In this document: positions 62,184 through 64,000 of the stretch, piece after piece
How the letters are laid out: each line of letters begins with the position of its first letter
Position numbering within the stretch: position 1 is the first letter of the stretch
NCBI GenBank assembly: GCA_964567545.1
Contig: CAZMNB010000001.1
Span: 43,763 to 107,762, forward strand
Direction: 5' to 3'
DNA: 64,000 nt
From: an uncultured Bifidobacterium sp.
GTDB taxonomy: Bacteria; Actinomycetota; Actinomycetes; Nanopelagicales; Nanopelagicaceae
Made by a program: the position numbers and the translations under genes
Notes under the pieces: generated by a model
Told to the model about the DNA's origin: nothing
Seen by the model: the letters and a program-made list of their open reading frames with translations, nothing else
The model's database searches: none

Positions 62184-62226
62184 GGAGCGAGGTTACCAAA
62201 GTTATTTGGAAAGACGTCGGAATGAA

Positions 62227-62547
62227 TTATTTACTGTAAAAAATCAAAATTGCGATGATTGAAACCAAGAGCCCGCCCGCAATAAGTAGGTATTTAGCCC
62301 AAAGCGGCAATCCAGTTTTATCAGCAGCCGTTATCGCTATTTTTTTAGTTTTCAAAAGCGCCTGCCCGGCCCAAGCAAATTCGGTTGCCAGGATTCCTAA
62401 ACCAGCTAACAGAATCAAAACTCCCGGTCCTGGACCGATCAGAGCTAGTGCACCCAAAATTGTTACAGCGCCACCGATTAAACCAATCGCAGTCCGCCAT
62501 AGTAGGTGACCTGCCTTGGTTCTTTTGATCCATTGCCGAAAGTTCAT
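62227..62547 (-). CDS. PGPGW-domain small membrane protein (TIGR02611-like)
   Basis: 106 aa with 3 TM segments. LALIGPGPGVLILLAGLGILATEFAWA matches the PGPGW motif region. Confidence 0.65.
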   Translation of the reverse strand: MNFRQWIKRTKAGHLLWRTAIGLIGGAVTILGALALIGPGPGVLILLAGLGILATEFAWAGQALLKTKKIAITAADKTGLPLWAKYLLIAGGLLVSIIAILIFYSK

Positions 62548-63332
62548 TGCGCTAGGTTACCTCTAGTCCAATTGCTAAATTCCGAAATGAACTTCTCACC
62601 TTTCTTGCTCACTCCAAAATTGGAGCTGCCGTATCTATTAATCTGTTGGATTTCTCTAATACTTGAAGTTAGATAGATCGCATCCACCTCTTTTAGCTGG
62701 ATTGGCGAGATATCAATTTCTTTCACACCGAATTTTTCAATTAATAACTCCCGCGTAACGCCAGGTAAACACCCCGACGATAGTGGTGTTGTGAAGAACT
62801 TCGCTTCATCTTCCCAAACGACATTAGCGAGAGCTGATTCGGCAACATTTCCAGCGAGATTGGTAAAAATTGCATCATCAGAACCGGCTAGTTGTGCCAT
62901 TCGAATTGCATGAGCGCTCTCTCCATATGAAATCGTCTTTATCCCAGCTAGCACTGATTTTTCATTTTTTGGATAGGGGTAATCTATAACCGAAATTCTT
63001 TCCGGTTTTGCCCCAAGCGCCTTATGAGTAATCACCCAATCACCACTGCTTAGGAAGGTGGCTCGAAGCCGTCCCTTTTTGATCTCTTTTGATTGAGATA
63101 ATAATTTAACAACGCAAGTTTCAACATCCAACCGGTTAGGTAGCGACATCTTCAATACTTCGCCACTACGGTAAGCCCGATCTAAATGGCGAGTCAACGC
63201 CAAGATTTTGCCATCGATACTAAGTAAAGTCTCAAAAATGCCATCGCCTAGCATCCAACCGCTGCTACTAAGTTCACTAAAAGCGGGCAAAACCAATTCC
63301 GATACCAATTCACCATTTAATATTATTTTCAC
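62544..63332 (-). CDS. pabC: class IV aminotransferase-fold protein, probable aminodeoxychorismate lyase
   Basis: 262 aa. GDGIFETL, the HL.R motif and TN..G.V.E fold-type IV blocks are present. It overlaps the end of the upstream chorismate-binding enzyme gene. Confidence 0.72.
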   Translation of the reverse strand: MKIILNGELVSELVLPAFSELSSSGWMLGDGIFETLLSIDGKILALTRHLDRAYRSGEVLKMSLPNRLDVETCVVKLLSQSKEIKKGRLRATFLSSGDWVITHKALGAKPERISVIDYPYPKNEKSVLAGIKTISYGESAHAIRMAQLAGSDDAIFTNLAGNVAESALANVVWEDEAKFFTTPLSSGCLPGVTRELLIEKFGVKEIDISPIQLKEVDAIYLTSSIREIQQINRYGSSNFGVSKKGEKFISEFSNWTRGNLAQ

Positions 63333-64000
63333 GGCAACACCTTAGATCCAGTAAATTTTCCGGACGCGATCGATATTAAACGACTTGCTTTCAATTCGGT
63401 CTCTTCCCATTCCGAAGCTGCGTTGCTCCCCCAAGTAATGCCAGCGCCGGTACCAAAACGAAGTAATCCATCACGGTTATTCCAAAAAGTACGAATCCCC
63501 ACCGAAAGGTTCGCTTCCCCGTTAGAAACCCATCCAATTGCACCGCAATACGGACCACGACTAATTGGTTCTAAGCTTGCGATCATTTCCAACGCGGAAC
63601 TTTTTGGCGCACCACTAACTGAACCAGGCGCCATCATGGTTTCAAATATCTCTCCCCAATTAACGCTACCGCGCAGAGTGCCAGTTACATCAGAAACCAA
63701 ATGATAAAGACCTGGGTGTTTCTCAATCCCAAGAAGTCTGGGGACATCGACGCTACCGGCTTCGCAGATTGCGCTGAGATCGTTACGGATTAGATCTACG
63801 ATCATGACATTCTCAGCTAGATCTTTTTCCATGAATTCACTTGTCGCTGAGGTTCCTTTTATGGGACTTGAAAGAATTTTGCGTTTGCCATCACTTATTT
63901 TTGTAACCTTAAAAAATAACTCTGGCGATGCTGAAGCGATTTCGATCTCTGGCAAATTGATATAAACGCTCTGTGGCGCTGGATTTTGAGCTAAGAGGTT
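63329..64000 (-). CDS. pabB: chorismate-binding enzyme, probable aminodeoxychorismate synthase component I (partial; the N-terminus is outside the window)
   Basis: SPELFF, PGSVSGAPK and GPYCGAIGW motifs are present. My translation stays open upstream of the TTG at 63955 to the window edge (NLLAQNPAPQSVYINLPEIEIASASPELFF). The pabB call, rather than trpE or menF, rests only on adjacency to pabC. Confidence 0.78.
   Translation of the reverse strand, partial: NLLAQNPAPQSVYINLPEIEIASASPELFFKVTKISDGKRKILSSPIKGTSATSEFMEKDLAENVMIVDLIRNDLSAICEAGSVDVPRLLGIEKHPGLYHLVSDVTGTLRGSVNWGEIFETMMAPGSVSGAPKSSALEMIASLEPISRGPYCGAIGWVSNGEANLSVGIRTFWNNRDGLLRFGTGAGITWGSNAASEWEETELKASRLISIASGKFTGSKVLP

Noticed and set aside
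62184-62226. T-box or other leader elements upstream of the aminoacyl-tRNA synthetase genes (thrS, hisS, aspS, alaS)
   Set aside because: The upstream gaps are 43, 0, 16 and 4 nt respectively, which is far too short for T-box leaders. No specifier or T-box sequence is visible.
1-64000. CRISPR arrays, tRNA/rRNA genes, IS elements, integrases, prophage or toxin-antitoxin/defence cassettes
   Set aside because: I scanned the intergenic spaces and the ORF list. There are no direct-repeat arrays, no tRNA-like T-loop or acceptor patterns in the few gaps over 70 nt, and no transposase-, integrase- or phage-like translations. The window appears to be pure core genome.

Overview
This window is a compact, almost fully coding, moderately low-GC chromosomal core segment of an actinobacterium. 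About 66 CDS are present, and roughly 60 of them lie on the minus strand. Many have 1-20 nt start/stop overlaps, which suggests translational coupling. The lineage call rests on actinobacterial signature genes: mihF, a BldD orthologue, the PIM lipid genes pgsA1-patA-pimA, DUF948 next to alaS and DUF349 next to rel. From memory, the gene order is colinear with the Streptomyces/Mycobacterium core: hisGE, rpe-rsmB-fmt-def-priA-metK-coaBC-rpoZ-gmk-mihF, the pyr operon, bldD, nusB-efp, the aro operon, mltG-ruvX-alaS, aspS-hisS, rel, secDF, ruvCAB, yebC, pdxST, the PIM genes and thrS. The order here is strongly contracted. That fits a streamlined planktonic lineage such as freshwater acI/Nanopelagicales, but this is inference only. 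I found no rRNA, tRNA, CRISPR array, transposase, integrase, phage gene or obvious defence island. I therefore do not claim a novel multi-gene system. The points most worth a second look are these: (1) an FMN riboswitch drives only a PnuC-family (RibM/PnuX-type) transporter, in the slot where other actinobacteria carry the riboflavin biosynthesis operon; (2) a BldD orthologue keeps an intact RXD-X8-RXXD c-di-GMP signature; (3) an atypical FtsH-like AAA+/M41 protease has a multi-TM N-terminus and two insertions, and sits with DUF948 and an unknown lipoprotein; (4) a stand-alone, nucleotide-motif-degenerate EF-G G-domain ORF lies between pgsA1 and the HIT gene; (5) PriA lacks Walker A and B; (6) a GC-rich structured leader precedes a purine permease. 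All protein calls rest on motifs I recognise in the supplied translations. No database search was run.
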